Below are positions 48,411 to 58,300 of a stretch of DNA of 64,000 nucleotides, one piece after another; positions within the stretch are counted from its first letter, which is position 1; each line of letters starts with the position of its first letter. Source of the DNA: Bacteroidota bacterium. Lineage in GTDB: Bacteria; Bacteroidota; Bacteroidia; J057. The DNA is taken from the NCBI GenBank assembly GCA_020438265.1, contig JAGQVA010000001.1, forward strand, positions 1,741-65,740. The letters are read 5' to 3'. Position numbers and translations under genes: made by a program. Below the pieces are notes generated by a model, which ran no database searches, was not told the DNA's origin, and saw only the letters and a list, made by a program, of their open reading frames with translations.

Positions 48411-49760
48411 ATGATGAATCCAAAAAAGTTGATTTTCGGTTTGCTTAAAATTAGCGCTGGAATCCTTTTGGTCTTACTGCTTGCTTTAATTGTTATCTAT
48501 GTCATCAATCCTGATTATCAGATCCATTCTCCTGAGAATGCCAGGGTGCGACTGGTGAAAACGGATCAGGGTTATCAACTCCTTAAAGATGGAGAGCCTT
48601 TTTATATTCATGGAGCCGCTGGTGATGGTTCGTTGGAAAGGTTGAAAAACCTGGGAGGAAATTCGATTCGCCTGTATCGTTATTATCATATTGATTCTCT
48701 GGTTCAGGTAGCAGACACACTGGGAATTTCGGTCATGGTAGATCTGGATCTTCCACCGATGAGAACAGGATTTGACTATGATGATCCAGAAAAGGTTGAT
48801 AGTTTGATTGCTGAGTTAAAAGAAACAGTGAACAAGCTGAAAGATCATCCTTCTATTTTAATCTGGAATATCGGGAATGAATTGAACCTGTTCTATGGAG
48901 AAGACTTTGAGGTTTGGAAAGTGATCAATTCCATTGCTGAGATGATTCATGAAACAGATCCTGATCATCCTACCAGTACGGCTATCCCTATGGTTTGGCA
49001 GGACATGATTCTGGCCAGGTGGTTTTGCCCCAGTATCGATATTCTGAATATAAATTCTTTCCGCTTTACCTTAACTCCTTCTTCAACAATCTATACCAGT
49101 CTATATGGTTGGCAGGGGCCTTATGTGTTTGGAGAAATGGGCCCCATGGGGACCTGGCAAGCACCGGCAAACCAGTGGAATGTGCCCATCGAGTGGGATG
49201 ATACCCGAAAGGCTGCTCACTTGACTTATATTTACGATACGCTGATCAAGCCCGATCCCAAAAGCCTGGGAGCTTATGCTTTCTTCTGGGGGCAGAAACA
49301 GGAACGTACTCATACCTGGTATAGCCTTTTCTCAGAGTATGGCGAGAAAACACCAGTCGCGGATGAATTATCAAGAATCTGGACCGGAGAATACAAACAG
49401 AATCGCTCACCACAAGTAGAAGGTATTCTTCTGAATGGCAAAGTTGCCAAGGAGAATATCCACCTGAATTCCGGGGAAATCTATGAAGCAGAAGCGTATG
49501 TCAAAGATCCCGAAGATGATTCTATCATGCTGGAATGGGCTGTGTTTAAAGAAGGAGACTACCGGTCTACATTTGGTGGAGACAAAGAGTGGCGCCCGCA
49601 GTCCTTCCCGGAACTGATTCTGGAAGCTCATGACAAAACTGTGCGTTTTCAGGCCCCAGAATATCCCGGAGACTATAGATTGTTTATTTATGCCCGGGAT
49701 AAACATCACAACCGGGGGAGCTTGAATGTGCCGTTTTTTGTAGTGTTGGAGCAGTATTAA
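48411..49760 (+). CDS. Membrane-anchored clan GH-A-like glycoside hydrolase with C-terminal beta-sandwich-like domain
   Basis: 449 aa. N-terminal anchor LKISAGILLVLLLALIVIYVI. ILIWNIGNELN and PYVFGEMGPMGTW motifs. Collinear motif-by-motif with residues ~870-1190 of the upstream synthase fusion. Confidence 0.75.
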   Translation: MMNPKKLIFGLLKISAGILLVLLLALIVIYVINPDYQIHSPENARVRLVKTDQGYQLLKDGEPFYIHGAAGDGSLERLKNLGGNSIRLYRYYHIDSLVQVADTLGISVMVDLDLPPMRTGFDYDDPEKVDSLIAELKETVNKLKDHPSILIWNIGNELNLFYGEDFEVWKVINSIAEMIHETDPDHPTSTAIPMVWQDMILARWFCPSIDILNINSFRFTLTPSSTIYTSLYGWQGPYVFGEMGPMGTWQAPANQWNVPIEWDDTRKAAHLTYIYDTLIKPDPKSLGAYAFFWGQKQERTHTWYSLFSEYGEKTPVADELSRIWTGEYKQNRSPQVEGILLNGKVAKENIHLNSGEIYEAEAYVKDPEDDSIMLEWAVFKEGDYRSTFGGDKEWRPQSFPELILEAHDKTVRFQAPEYPGDYRLFIYARDKHHNRGSLNVPFFVVLEQY

Positions 49761-49826
49761 GAAACATAAACGCTTCTTTTATTTTCTACAATCAGAACCG
49801 TTTAAGAAATAGTCGAAAATATAGAG

Positions 49827-49870
49827 AACTCCACTTGAAAGGTAATAATCCTGTTCAAGTGGAGTTTTTT
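49827..49870 (+). terminator. Rho-independent terminator of the 44508-49760 gene pair
   Basis: AACTCCACTTGAA ...14 nt... TTCAAGTGGAGTT, a 13-bp stem running into TTTTTT. Confidence 0.8.
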
Positions 49871-50023
49871 GTTATCCTCATTTCAATTCTCTGTGAAATT
49901 TTCCTACGGTACATTTTTAGTTACACTTATTACCTCCCGCAGATTGAACAGATCCCACGGATCTAACCTCTTGGCAATTGAATTTCTGTGATATCTTTTG
50001 GGCTTCCTCCAACGCCCCAAAAC

Positions 50024-50057
50024 AAAAAAAGCTGGCCTTTTAAGTAAGACCAGCTTT
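50024..50057 (-). terminator. Rho-independent terminator of the M23 peptidase gene
   Basis: On the minus strand: AAAGCTGG ...loop... CCAGCTTT followed by TTTTTTT, 22 nt after the stop. Confidence 0.65.
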
Positions 50058-50078
50058 GCAAAGTTTTGTACTGTAAAT

Positions 50079-50672
50079 TTAGAAGAAGTCTTCAGGATCT
50101 AAATGTACACCATCTCTGATGACTTCATAATGTAAGTGAGGATTTGTACTACGACCTGTGTTTCCTACAAAGCCTATAGTATCTCCCTCCTCAACGATTT
50201 GTCCCAATTTTACCACGATTCCGGAAAGGTGAGCGTATAGAGTAACGTACTCTTCGTCGTGCTCCAGTTTTATATGTTTTCCGTAGGAGCTATCGTCTGA
50301 ATCGTTTACCAGCTTTCCGACCCGACCGGTTGCCGTAGCTAATACCGGCGTTCCGTTTTTGGCTGGAAAATCAACCCCTGTGTGCATTTTATCTACACCT
50401 AAAATGGGGTGTTTTCTCATTCCAAAAGTGCTGCTTAACGGAATTCCTCTCGGAATCGGGCGACTTGTGGGTACAATTTCAATTTCAAAAGGATCTATCG
50501 TCCTTAGATGCGCCTGCTGAATCTTCATTGATTTGACAGGCTCTTGTACTCCAGCAAGGGTAATATTGGTCTTCGTGGCTGTTGAGAAATTAGAGTCGAG
50601 ATTCTCAGTTTCAGTAAACATGAAGAATGAACCGATGACTAGCACCGTGACACTCATCAAGTAATTTTTCAT
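50079..50672 (-). CDS. M23 family metallopeptidase
   Basis: HTGVDFPA, YGKHIKLEH and GNTGRSTNPHLHYEV motifs. Start placed at the ATG at 50672 (MKNYLMSVTVLVIGSFF anchor); the longest ORF begins at TTG 50693. Confidence 0.88.
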   Translation of the reverse strand: MKNYLMSVTVLVIGSFFMFTETENLDSNFSTATKTNITLAGVQEPVKSMKIQQAHLRTIDPFEIEIVPTSRPIPRGIPLSSTFGMRKHPILGVDKMHTGVDFPAKNGTPVLATATGRVGKLVNDSDDSSYGKHIKLEHDEEYVTLYAHLSGIVVKLGQIVEEGDTIGFVGNTGRSTNPHLHYEVIRDGVHLDPEDFF

Positions 50673-51222
50673 AATAAAGTACTTAAATCTCAAAAAGTTG
50701 AAATAAAAGAACGAGACTCCAGAAGAGTCAGGCCTTTAAGGCCGGGCCCATAAGGGCGCACAAAGTAAATAAATTTTTATGTATCATTTACGCATGCAAA
50801 GTAGAGATATTTTCTATACCTCTGACATTGAAGTGAGTAAACACGCGAAATTGACTGACAAACTGCGTGTTTCAATGCGTAAAAGGTTATTTTATGGACT
50901 AAAATATTACCTTTTTGAAGGTTTTAGTCTCTGATTTTTGTATGTAAGTTGTTGATTGTGAATAGATTATCCTTAAATATTTGAGGCTTGATTCTATTCG
51001 GGGTAAATTGTCGTTTTTAAACGATTTATAACCGAAAAACTCGATAATCCAATAAGTCAAAGAAAACACGCTATATACGGTGTTAGATTTCAAAAGGTTT
51101 GGTACAAAAAAAATGCCCGGATTGTTTAAACGCGCAGAAATCGGGGATATTTGTAGGGAAATGTGTATTATTTACAGAATGGATGATCGAAAAGTTCAGC
51201 TGGTTTGGCCAATTTTTAGTAC

Positions 51223-51254
51223 AAAAAAAGGATGCTACCTTACAATAGCATCCT
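51223..51254 (-). terminator. Rho-independent terminator of the DUF4870-like gene
   Basis: On the minus strand: AGGATGCTA ttgtaagg TAGCATCCT followed by TTTTTTT. Confidence 0.8.
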
Positions 51255-51277
51255 CAAATGTAGTTAACAGAATAAAT

Positions 51278-51718
51278 TTATTTAATAAACTCTATCGTCA
51301 GAGGGTATTTATATTCCTCCCCATTGCTGGTTTTAATGGTTGCAATGATAATACCTACCAACTGCAGGATAGCAAATCCAATCAGGAATGGAATCCCAAT
51401 CAGAATGATAGATAAAATACCTGAAATGATCATATACAGCGTTACGGAGATCTGAAAATTTATCGAAGCTTTTCCATGCTTGTCTACCATTGGCATTTGA
51501 TCTTTTTTCATTGACCATAAAATCAGAGGTCCCACGATATGGCCAAAAGGAATCACATAACCTACCAGTGCTATCAGGTGAGTAAACATGGCCATTTGTT
51601 TTTCCTCTTCATCAGGCTGATCAAATGATTGTTGGTAACTGTCATGATCTTCAACTTCCTCAATGGGTTCATTAAAAACCTCATCGGTCATATCTTCATA
51701 AGGATTATTATTGCTCAT
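51278..51718 (-). CDS. DUF4870-like small membrane protein
   Basis: 146 aa. Acidic N-terminus, then MAMFTHLIALVGYVIPFGHIVGPLILW..K.......HGKASINFQIS... with three helices, typical of the DUF4870 family. Confidence 0.7.
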   Translation of the reverse strand: MSNNNPYEDMTDEVFNEPIEEVEDHDSYQQSFDQPDEEEKQMAMFTHLIALVGYVIPFGHIVGPLILWSMKKDQMPMVDKHGKASINFQISVTLYMIISGILSIILIGIPFLIGFAILQLVGIIIATIKTSNGEEYKYPLTIEFIK

Positions 51719-51795
51719 AATTATTAGAAATAGATTTTAGTTATATTTTTATGTGTTACTTTAAGGATACAAAGCTTATGTTAAAGTTGGAAGTA

Positions 51796-52686
51796 ATGAT
51801 CAAATTTATGCGTCAAATTATACTTTTATTTTTGGGGATTTTCGTTCTGTCATCCACAAAACTTATCTCTCAGCCTCAAACGGATGTGTTCTTATTTTCG
51901 ATTCATCAGGAGGACGGGAATTTCTCTTTTAAAAAACTGGCCAGAGTCACAAATCGTGAGGGATATGACAATCAGCCCTATTTTACTGCGGATGGAAAAG
52001 CGTTGAGATTTGCCTCTATTCGCGAAGGAGGAAAATCAGATATTTACAGGTATGATATTGAAACGGGTGAAACGGTAAATGTAACCAATACTCCCAATAC
52101 AAGTGAATATTCTCCCATTCCTATTCCTGAGAGTCGTTATTTTTCGGTTGTCATGGTTGAGGAAGATGATAAAACGCAGAAATTATGGAAATTTCCGGTT
52201 GAAGGTGGAGAGGGAGAACGAATATTGGATAAGGTAGAGCCGGTGGGATATTATACATGGTTTAAGGAAAATACATTGGCTATGTTTATTTTGGGAGATG
52301 TATTCACCCTGCAGGTTGTGAATATTGAAGATGAAGGTAACCCTAAAACGATTGCTGAAAATATCGGGAGATCCATTCACACGATTCCCGGAACAGAGCA
52401 GGTAAGTTTTGTCATCAAAGAATCTGATAAAAAATGGACCATCAATCGCTGGAATCCCGATAATGGGGAAATTGCCCCTATAGCCCAGACACTGGAAGGC
52501 ATAGAAGATTATTGCTGGCATCCCCAGGGTTTTCTGCTTATGGGTAAGGATGGTGAATTATTTATGCATGCTCCTGAAGAAAACACAGAATGGGAATCAT
52601 TGGGGAATCTGGAAATCGGAAATTTTTATCGTCTGAGTGTGAGTCCCGATGGAAAATATCTGGCGGTGGTGATGATGAGGGAATAA
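51796..52686 (+). CDS. TolB-like beta-propeller (PD40 repeat) protein
   Basis: GYDNQPYFTADGKALRFASIREGGKSDIYRYDIETGE and later SPDGKYLAVV repeats. Start chosen at the ATG at 51796 (signal MIKFMRQIILLFLGIFVLSS). Confidence 0.7.
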   Translation: MIKFMRQIILLFLGIFVLSSTKLISQPQTDVFLFSIHQEDGNFSFKKLARVTNREGYDNQPYFTADGKALRFASIREGGKSDIYRYDIETGETVNVTNTPNTSEYSPIPIPESRYFSVVMVEEDDKTQKLWKFPVEGGEGERILDKVEPVGYYTWFKENTLAMFILGDVFTLQVVNIEDEGNPKTIAENIGRSIHTIPGTEQVSFVIKESDKKWTINRWNPDNGEIAPIAQTLEGIEDYCWHPQGFLLMGKDGELFMHAPEENTEWESLGNLEIGNFYRLSVSPDGKYLAVVMMRE

Positions 52687-52864
52687 TGAGAATCATGGCA
52701 AGTATTTTCACCACTAGAGTCAGCATAATAATCGTTAAGAAGAAAAAACATATAGGATAGGTGTCGCGTGAACGAAATTTGTCTCAGGTGGACATTACAT
52801 CGTTTATTAAGCCGCGATTTGCAGACCTAAATGACGAGAAACTCAGAAGACGGGAAATGCTACG

Positions 52865-53386
52865 TCAGGATCCAAACTGTACCAACTCCCTTTCGTATCC
52901 CTTCGTTCGCAGCCAGTCTCTGAGTGCAATTCCAGTCCCGGCAGCCCACGGCTGGACTTTTTCGATGGGCACTTCCCGATAAGCAGCCAACTCGGTTTCG
53001 TCAAGCTTTATTTCTCCATCTTTGGCGATGACATGATAGGCTATAATGAGCTGGTTCATCCGATAAAAAGGATACATTCCAATATATCCGCCCATTTCAA
53101 CCTCCAGCCCAATTTCTTCCTGAACTTCCCTTAACACAGCCTCTTCGGGCATTTCTCCTTTTTCCAGAAAACCGGTTACCAGGCCAAACCAGCTCGCTGG
53201 CCAGCCAATGCTTTGCACGAGAATGACGTGTCCTTTCCGCTCGACAATCGCTGCAACAACAGGAAGCGGATTGTCCCAGAAAATAAAGCCACAGGCATCG
53301 TCAGCGCATATTTTTCTGACTTTTCCAGCTTTTTCTTCTTCTACTAAAGGTTTTCCACATTGGGGGCAAAAATTATATTTAGGCAT
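52865..53386 (-). CDS. NUDIX hydrolase with N-terminal zinc ribbon
   Basis: CPQCG...C....CG zinc ribbon. Nudix box GFLEKGEMPEEAVLREVQEEIGLEV. Start chosen at the ATG at 53386 (MPKYNF...). Confidence 0.85.
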   Translation of the reverse strand: MPKYNFCPQCGKPLVEEEKAGKVRKICADDACGFIFWDNPLPVVAAIVERKGHVILVQSIGWPASWFGLVTGFLEKGEMPEEAVLREVQEEIGLEVEMGGYIGMYPFYRMNQLIIAYHVIAKDGEIKLDETELAAYREVPIEKVQPWAAGTGIALRDWLRTKGYERELVQFGS

Positions 53387-53399
53387 GATGATTCTTTTG

Positions 53400-53891
53400 T
53401 TATGGAACAGGAATAATCTCTGTTTCTTCAATTAATCCAAACTGGCTAAAATGGTGATAAATATGTTTATAATGAAATCTTTCCCATTCTTCAAAATTCA
53501 GAGGGCCAAAAACCGGGTGAATTTTACAGTCATTGGGATTATTTTGGTAATGTTGGTAGAAACCTTGTATGCTTTTCGCAAATAAGGCTTTGGCTTCTTC
53601 CATGTTTTTGTTTCGCAATTCAAGAGGTTGTGGAGGATGTACCCCTTCAATGTAAAAATGTTTGCCCATAGGCCGATCATTCCAAAGGAATTTTTTCAGT
53701 TTTATGTACTTCTCTTCCGGAAGAGCAACAGGAATTCCCAGATCTTTTCGGGAAATATAAAAGACTGCGGATACGTGTTCGAGCATGTGCTGGGGACCCA
53801 TCTTGCCCCAAAGAGGTTGATGGTCAGAGGTTAATCTGTCCATCAGGGATAAAGAAGTATGTTGAATAAAATTTCTGATTAAATTGGCCAT
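53400..53891 (-). CDS. DUF1569-like (DinB/YfiT-like helical bundle) protein
   Basis: LWGKMGPQHMLEH ... HPVFGPLNFEEWERFHYKHIYHHFSQFG resembles the DUF1569 family signature. Start chosen at the ATG at 53891. Confidence 0.6.
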   Translation of the reverse strand: MANLIRNFIQHTSLSLMDRLTSDHQPLWGKMGPQHMLEHVSAVFYISRKDLGIPVALPEEKYIKLKKFLWNDRPMGKHFYIEGVHPPQPLELRNKNMEEAKALFAKSIQGFYQHYQNNPNDCKIHPVFGPLNFEEWERFHYKHIYHHFSQFGLIEETEIIPVP

Positions 53892-54010
53892 AGACAAAAT
53901 CAGGTTAAAAATGAATAATTGGCGGATTTTTTGCAGTAAAAACACTTTCCTGCCTCTTGTTTGCCGTTTTGTTTATCATTTTAGTTAGTCAAAAACATTT
54001 ATGCCAGACT

Positions 54011-55189
54011 ATGTCTTTACGTGATCAGGCAAAACAGCTTTCTTATGCCGAAAATCTTGCGAATCGCCGTCTACAATTTTCTGAAAAAGATCGGGATTAC
54101 CAAACATCTGGAGATATGTTGAGGATGGTAGAAAACCTGCCAGTGATGTGGTTGGTGGCAGATTGGGATTCAGGTGTGATTCTTCACACAAATTCAGAGT
54201 TAAGCGAACGAATGGGGCTTTCCATTGAAGATCTCTGCAAAATGAAATTTGAGGATTTATTTGAAATCTTTTCCAAAGGATTGATTCTTGGTTTTCAGCA
54301 GCGCATACTCAGTCAAACAAGAATCTCTATTCAAGACGCGGTATTAAAAGGAAGTTCCCGGATCTTGCTTCCAGTAAATTTGGATGCACAGTTAATATTT
54401 GATGAACAGGGACATCCAACCTCTTTTTCTGTTGTTTTCCACCCTCTTCCTCCTTCAAATATACCCAGAGAAGACGAACAGCTGTTCCGGCAGCTACAGC
54501 GTTCAAATGAAGACCTGGAACAGTTTGCCTATATTACCTCTCATGACCTTCAGGAGCCTTTACGAATGATCACCAGTTATTTACAGTTACTGGAAAAAAG
54601 AGCTGCCTATAAGTTGAATGAGACGGATCTGGAATTTTTAAATTTTGCAGTAGATGGGGCTATCCGAATGAAAGAATTACTCGACGGGATTCTGGAATAT
54701 TCCCGAATTAGTACCAGAGGTAAACCGTTTGAAGTGATATCTATGAAAGAGATCCTGGATCAGGTAAAGCAAAATTTGAATAAAGTGATTATCGAGTCAG
54801 ATACACAAATTACCTATGATGCCCTACCCGTTATTTATGGGGATCAGAGACAAATTACCCGTTTGATTCAGAACCTGGTCAGTAACTCGATCAAATTTTC
54901 TGGAAACCGTTCTCCCCGAATAGAAATTACCTGGTCTGAAACGAAGAGTCATTATCAGTTTCATTTTCGCGATTATGGAATAGGTATTTCGTCGGAATAC
55001 CTGGAAAGAATATTTCTGATTTTTCAAAGGCTGAACCATCGGAAGGACTATCCAGGCAATGGAATCGGACTGGCTATTTGCCGGGGAATTGTCCGCCGAC
55101 ACGGCGGAAGAATATGGGCCGAGTCCCATGGGGATGAAGGAACTTCTTTTTGTTTTACAATTGGAAAAAAGAATTATGGGGGCATTTAG
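54011..55189 (+). CDS. PAS-domain sensor histidine kinase
   Basis: H-box FAYITSHDLQEPLR. N-box and G-boxes (QNLVSNSIKF, RDYGIGIS, GNGIGLAICRGIV). No response regulator is adjacent. ATG at 54011; the longest ORF starts at TTG 53957. Confidence 0.85.
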   Translation: MSLRDQAKQLSYAENLANRRLQFSEKDRDYQTSGDMLRMVENLPVMWLVADWDSGVILHTNSELSERMGLSIEDLCKMKFEDLFEIFSKGLILGFQQRILSQTRISIQDAVLKGSSRILLPVNLDAQLIFDEQGHPTSFSVVFHPLPPSNIPREDEQLFRQLQRSNEDLEQFAYITSHDLQEPLRMITSYLQLLEKRAAYKLNETDLEFLNFAVDGAIRMKELLDGILEYSRISTRGKPFEVISMKEILDQVKQNLNKVIIESDTQITYDALPVIYGDQRQITRLIQNLVSNSIKFSGNRSPRIEITWSETKSHYQFHFRDYGIGISSEYLERIFLIFQRLNHRKDYPGNGIGLAICRGIVRRHGGRIWAESHGDEGTSFCFTIGKKNYGGI

Positions 55190-55345
55190 TTTAGCTGTTA
55201 ATTAGAGACTTTCAAGACAGAGCATTTTCACATAGAAGCAGGTTTTTTCCACCTTCAGCCCTGATTTTTCCTTATCTGGATATACTAATTTGAATGGGCT
55301 TTTTTTAGATTCCATTTTAGATCTGAATTTCTATTATTCAGAGAA

Positions 55346-58300
55346 ATGGATCTACAAAAAAACTACGCTTTTATTTTTGTTATCTTGGTTTTCTTTGCTT
55401 TTCATGCATCGAAATCACGTGCTTCTCATATTATGGGAGGAGACATTACCTACCAATGTTTGGCAAATAATCAGTATCTGGTTACTCTCAAAGTCTTTCG
55501 GGATTGTGGAGGAGTGCAATTAGGTAATAGCCAGATTTTGAAATATTCTTCTGCAACTTGTGGTGTAAATGTGACTACTCCATTGCTTCAGCAGGGAGTA
55601 AGTTTGGATATAACTCCTGTTTGTCCTGGTCAGGTAAGCAGTTGTAGTGGAGGATTTGGCATTCCCGGGATTCAGGAGTTTACTTATAAAGGAACCATTA
55701 ACTTACCACCTGGTTGTGGAAATGACTGGGTGTTAAGCTGGAGTTCCTGCTGTCGTAATAATGCTATCACTACTCTTCTTAGTCCTGGTAGTAATGGAAC
55801 CTATTTTCAGGCAACTTTGGACAATACAGTAAGTCCTTGTAATAATTCTCCTGTTTTTAATAATAACCCAACCCCTGTTATCTGCATCAATCAACCCATT
55901 ATTTATAATCATGGTGTTTCGGACCCGGATGGAGATAATCTTGTTTTTTCAATTGTTTCCTGCCAGTCAACAGCTTTGGTTCCGGTTAGCTACGGGCCTG
56001 GTTATAATGCCCTTAGCCCTTTAATGACGACAGGAGGAATTAGTATAAACCCAGCTACCGGAGAGATGAATTTTACCCCTTCTCAATTGCAGATTGGAGT
56101 GATTTGTGTGAAGGTGGAAGAATTTCGAAACGGAGTAAAGGTGGGAGAAACAGTCAGGGATATGGAGTTTAAGGTTATTTCTTGTAGCAATCAGGCTCCT
56201 GTTATTTCGGGAATAAATAATACCAGTCAATTTCAAATCAATACCTGTACTGGCTCAAGCTTATGTTTTACAATGAATGCAACTGATCCGGATGGGGGGC
56301 AGGTTAGTTTGAACTGGAATCAGGGCATTGCTGGTGCTTCCTTTTCAGTGAATGGTAACGGGAGCCTGAACCCTGTGGGAACTTTTTGCTGGACACCAAG
56401 CCCCGGAGATACAGGTACTTTCTTTTTTACGGTTATTGCCCAGGACGATAATTGCCCCTGGGTTGCGAGTAATATCTATGCTTTTGAGATTATTGTCGGA
56501 CAAGGTTCCCATACGCTCACTGTTCAGGGAGATAGCTCTATTTGTTATGGAGACACGGTTCCGCTTAGCGCAGTTGTCGTGGGTGCCAGCAGTTTTTCAT
56601 GGTCCCCTGCCGGAAGCCTGAGTGATCCCAATTCGCTGACTCCTGTGGCATATCCTGCAGTAAGTACGGTTTATACATTCACGGCGAGTTTTCCTGATGG
56701 TTGTGTCATTTCCAATTTCGCACTGGTTTCTCTGGATGCAGGCCCCTCAGTCTCTATATCTCCCCATAATCCTTATATCTGCCCGGGGAATCCCATTACG
56801 CTAACCGCGCTTTCTTGTACAGCAAACGCCTACTTATGGAGTAATGGAAGCACGGATTCTTTTATAACTGTAAACCCCATTGTTAATACAACCTATGGTA
56901 TCGAGGTGGTGGATGATAAAAACTGTATTGCTTTTGATTCAGTGACAGTTATAGCAGGAGGCCTTGGTGCAGGGTATTGCAATACAATTTATGTAACTCC
57001 GGGAGGAACGGGAACCGGTACACGCAATGATCCGACAAATCTCAGTAAAGCCCTATGGCTCGCTGCCTGCAAAGAAGCTATAATTAAACTGGATACAGGA
57101 GTTTATATATGCGACACAGCGATTACGGGAATTACAAGCAATATCACTCTGGAGGGTGGTTTTATACGGTTAAACAACTGGCAGAAAACCAGCAAAGCAG
57201 GAGCTACCAGAATATTCAGAACAACAAATAACCCCGAAGGTATTTTTCCCAATCAGCGCATTGTTGCAGCTTATATTTCAGGTGAAGATAGTTTCCGTTT
57301 GCAGGATATTACCTTCGAGACGGCTGATGCCAATGTTTTTGGCATGTCAGTATATGGACTGCACCTGACCGCCTGCCAGAATTACCAGTTTGTTCGTACG
57401 CAGGTAATCGCAGGAAATGGTGGAGACGGGGAAGACGGAACAGATGGTTTGGATGGCGCAGATGGACTGGATGGTTTGGATGGAAATGATGGTAATCAGG
57501 ATAATGCTGCTCTTGCGGGCGCAGGCGCAAATGGAGGAAAAGGCGGTGGAAATATTACCAATGGTTTGGGAGGTCAGCCAACTATTTGTTGTAACCCAGG
57601 AGTAAATGGCGCTGACGGTACGACAACCACCAATCCCCGACATGGTGGCGGTGGTGGTGGTGGCGGTTCGGGAGGACAGGGAAATTTTAATGGAGGCCAG
57701 GGAGGAAAAGGCGGAGGAGTAAATGGCGTATTCGGAACAACCAATGGAGGTGGTGGCGGGATAGCCAGTGGATGTAATACAAATCTGGACTGTGGAGATC
57801 CAGAGTCCGGAGAAGATGGCGAAGATGGATCTGACGGAAATAACGGTGTTGATGGTGCTGATGGAGGCTCAGGCAGTCATGTAAGTGGTTTTTGGACTCA
57901 TGGAACTCCAGGGACTGATGGCAGTGAAGGAGAAGGTGGGCAAGGAGGAGCTGGTGGTGGTGGCGGTGCCGGGGAAGGCGGTGCTGCCTGTATTGATGGA
58001 GGCGGTTCCGGTGGTGCTGGCGGCGGCGGCGGTGGCGAAGGAGGATTCGGGGGAATGACTGGCGGTCCTGGTGGTTCTTCTTATGCTGTATATTTGTATA
58101 ATAATGGTCCCAACACCTCTTTCATCGATTGCGAATTAGTTGTTCTTGGAGCAGGTGCCGGAGGAGCAGGAGGCAAAGGAGGGAAAGGCGGAAGTGATGG
58201 AAAAGGGGGAAATGCCAGTGAATATGTTGGCTGTAGTACAGGAGGATGTGCCTCAAATTACGATAATGGAGACGGTGAGGTCGGTTGCTCAGGCAAGGGT

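Noticed and set aside
51080-51415. 111-aa plus-strand ORF upstream of and overlapping the DUF4870-like gene
   Set aside because: It starts at a non-ATG codon, overlaps the terminator hairpin and runs antisense to the well-formed membrane protein gene. Its composition is not protein-like.
52761-52982. 73-aa plus-strand ORF between the TolB-like and NUDIX genes
   Set aside because: It has a GTG start, overlaps the NUDIX C-terminus on the opposite strand, and has no motif. It is likely spurious.
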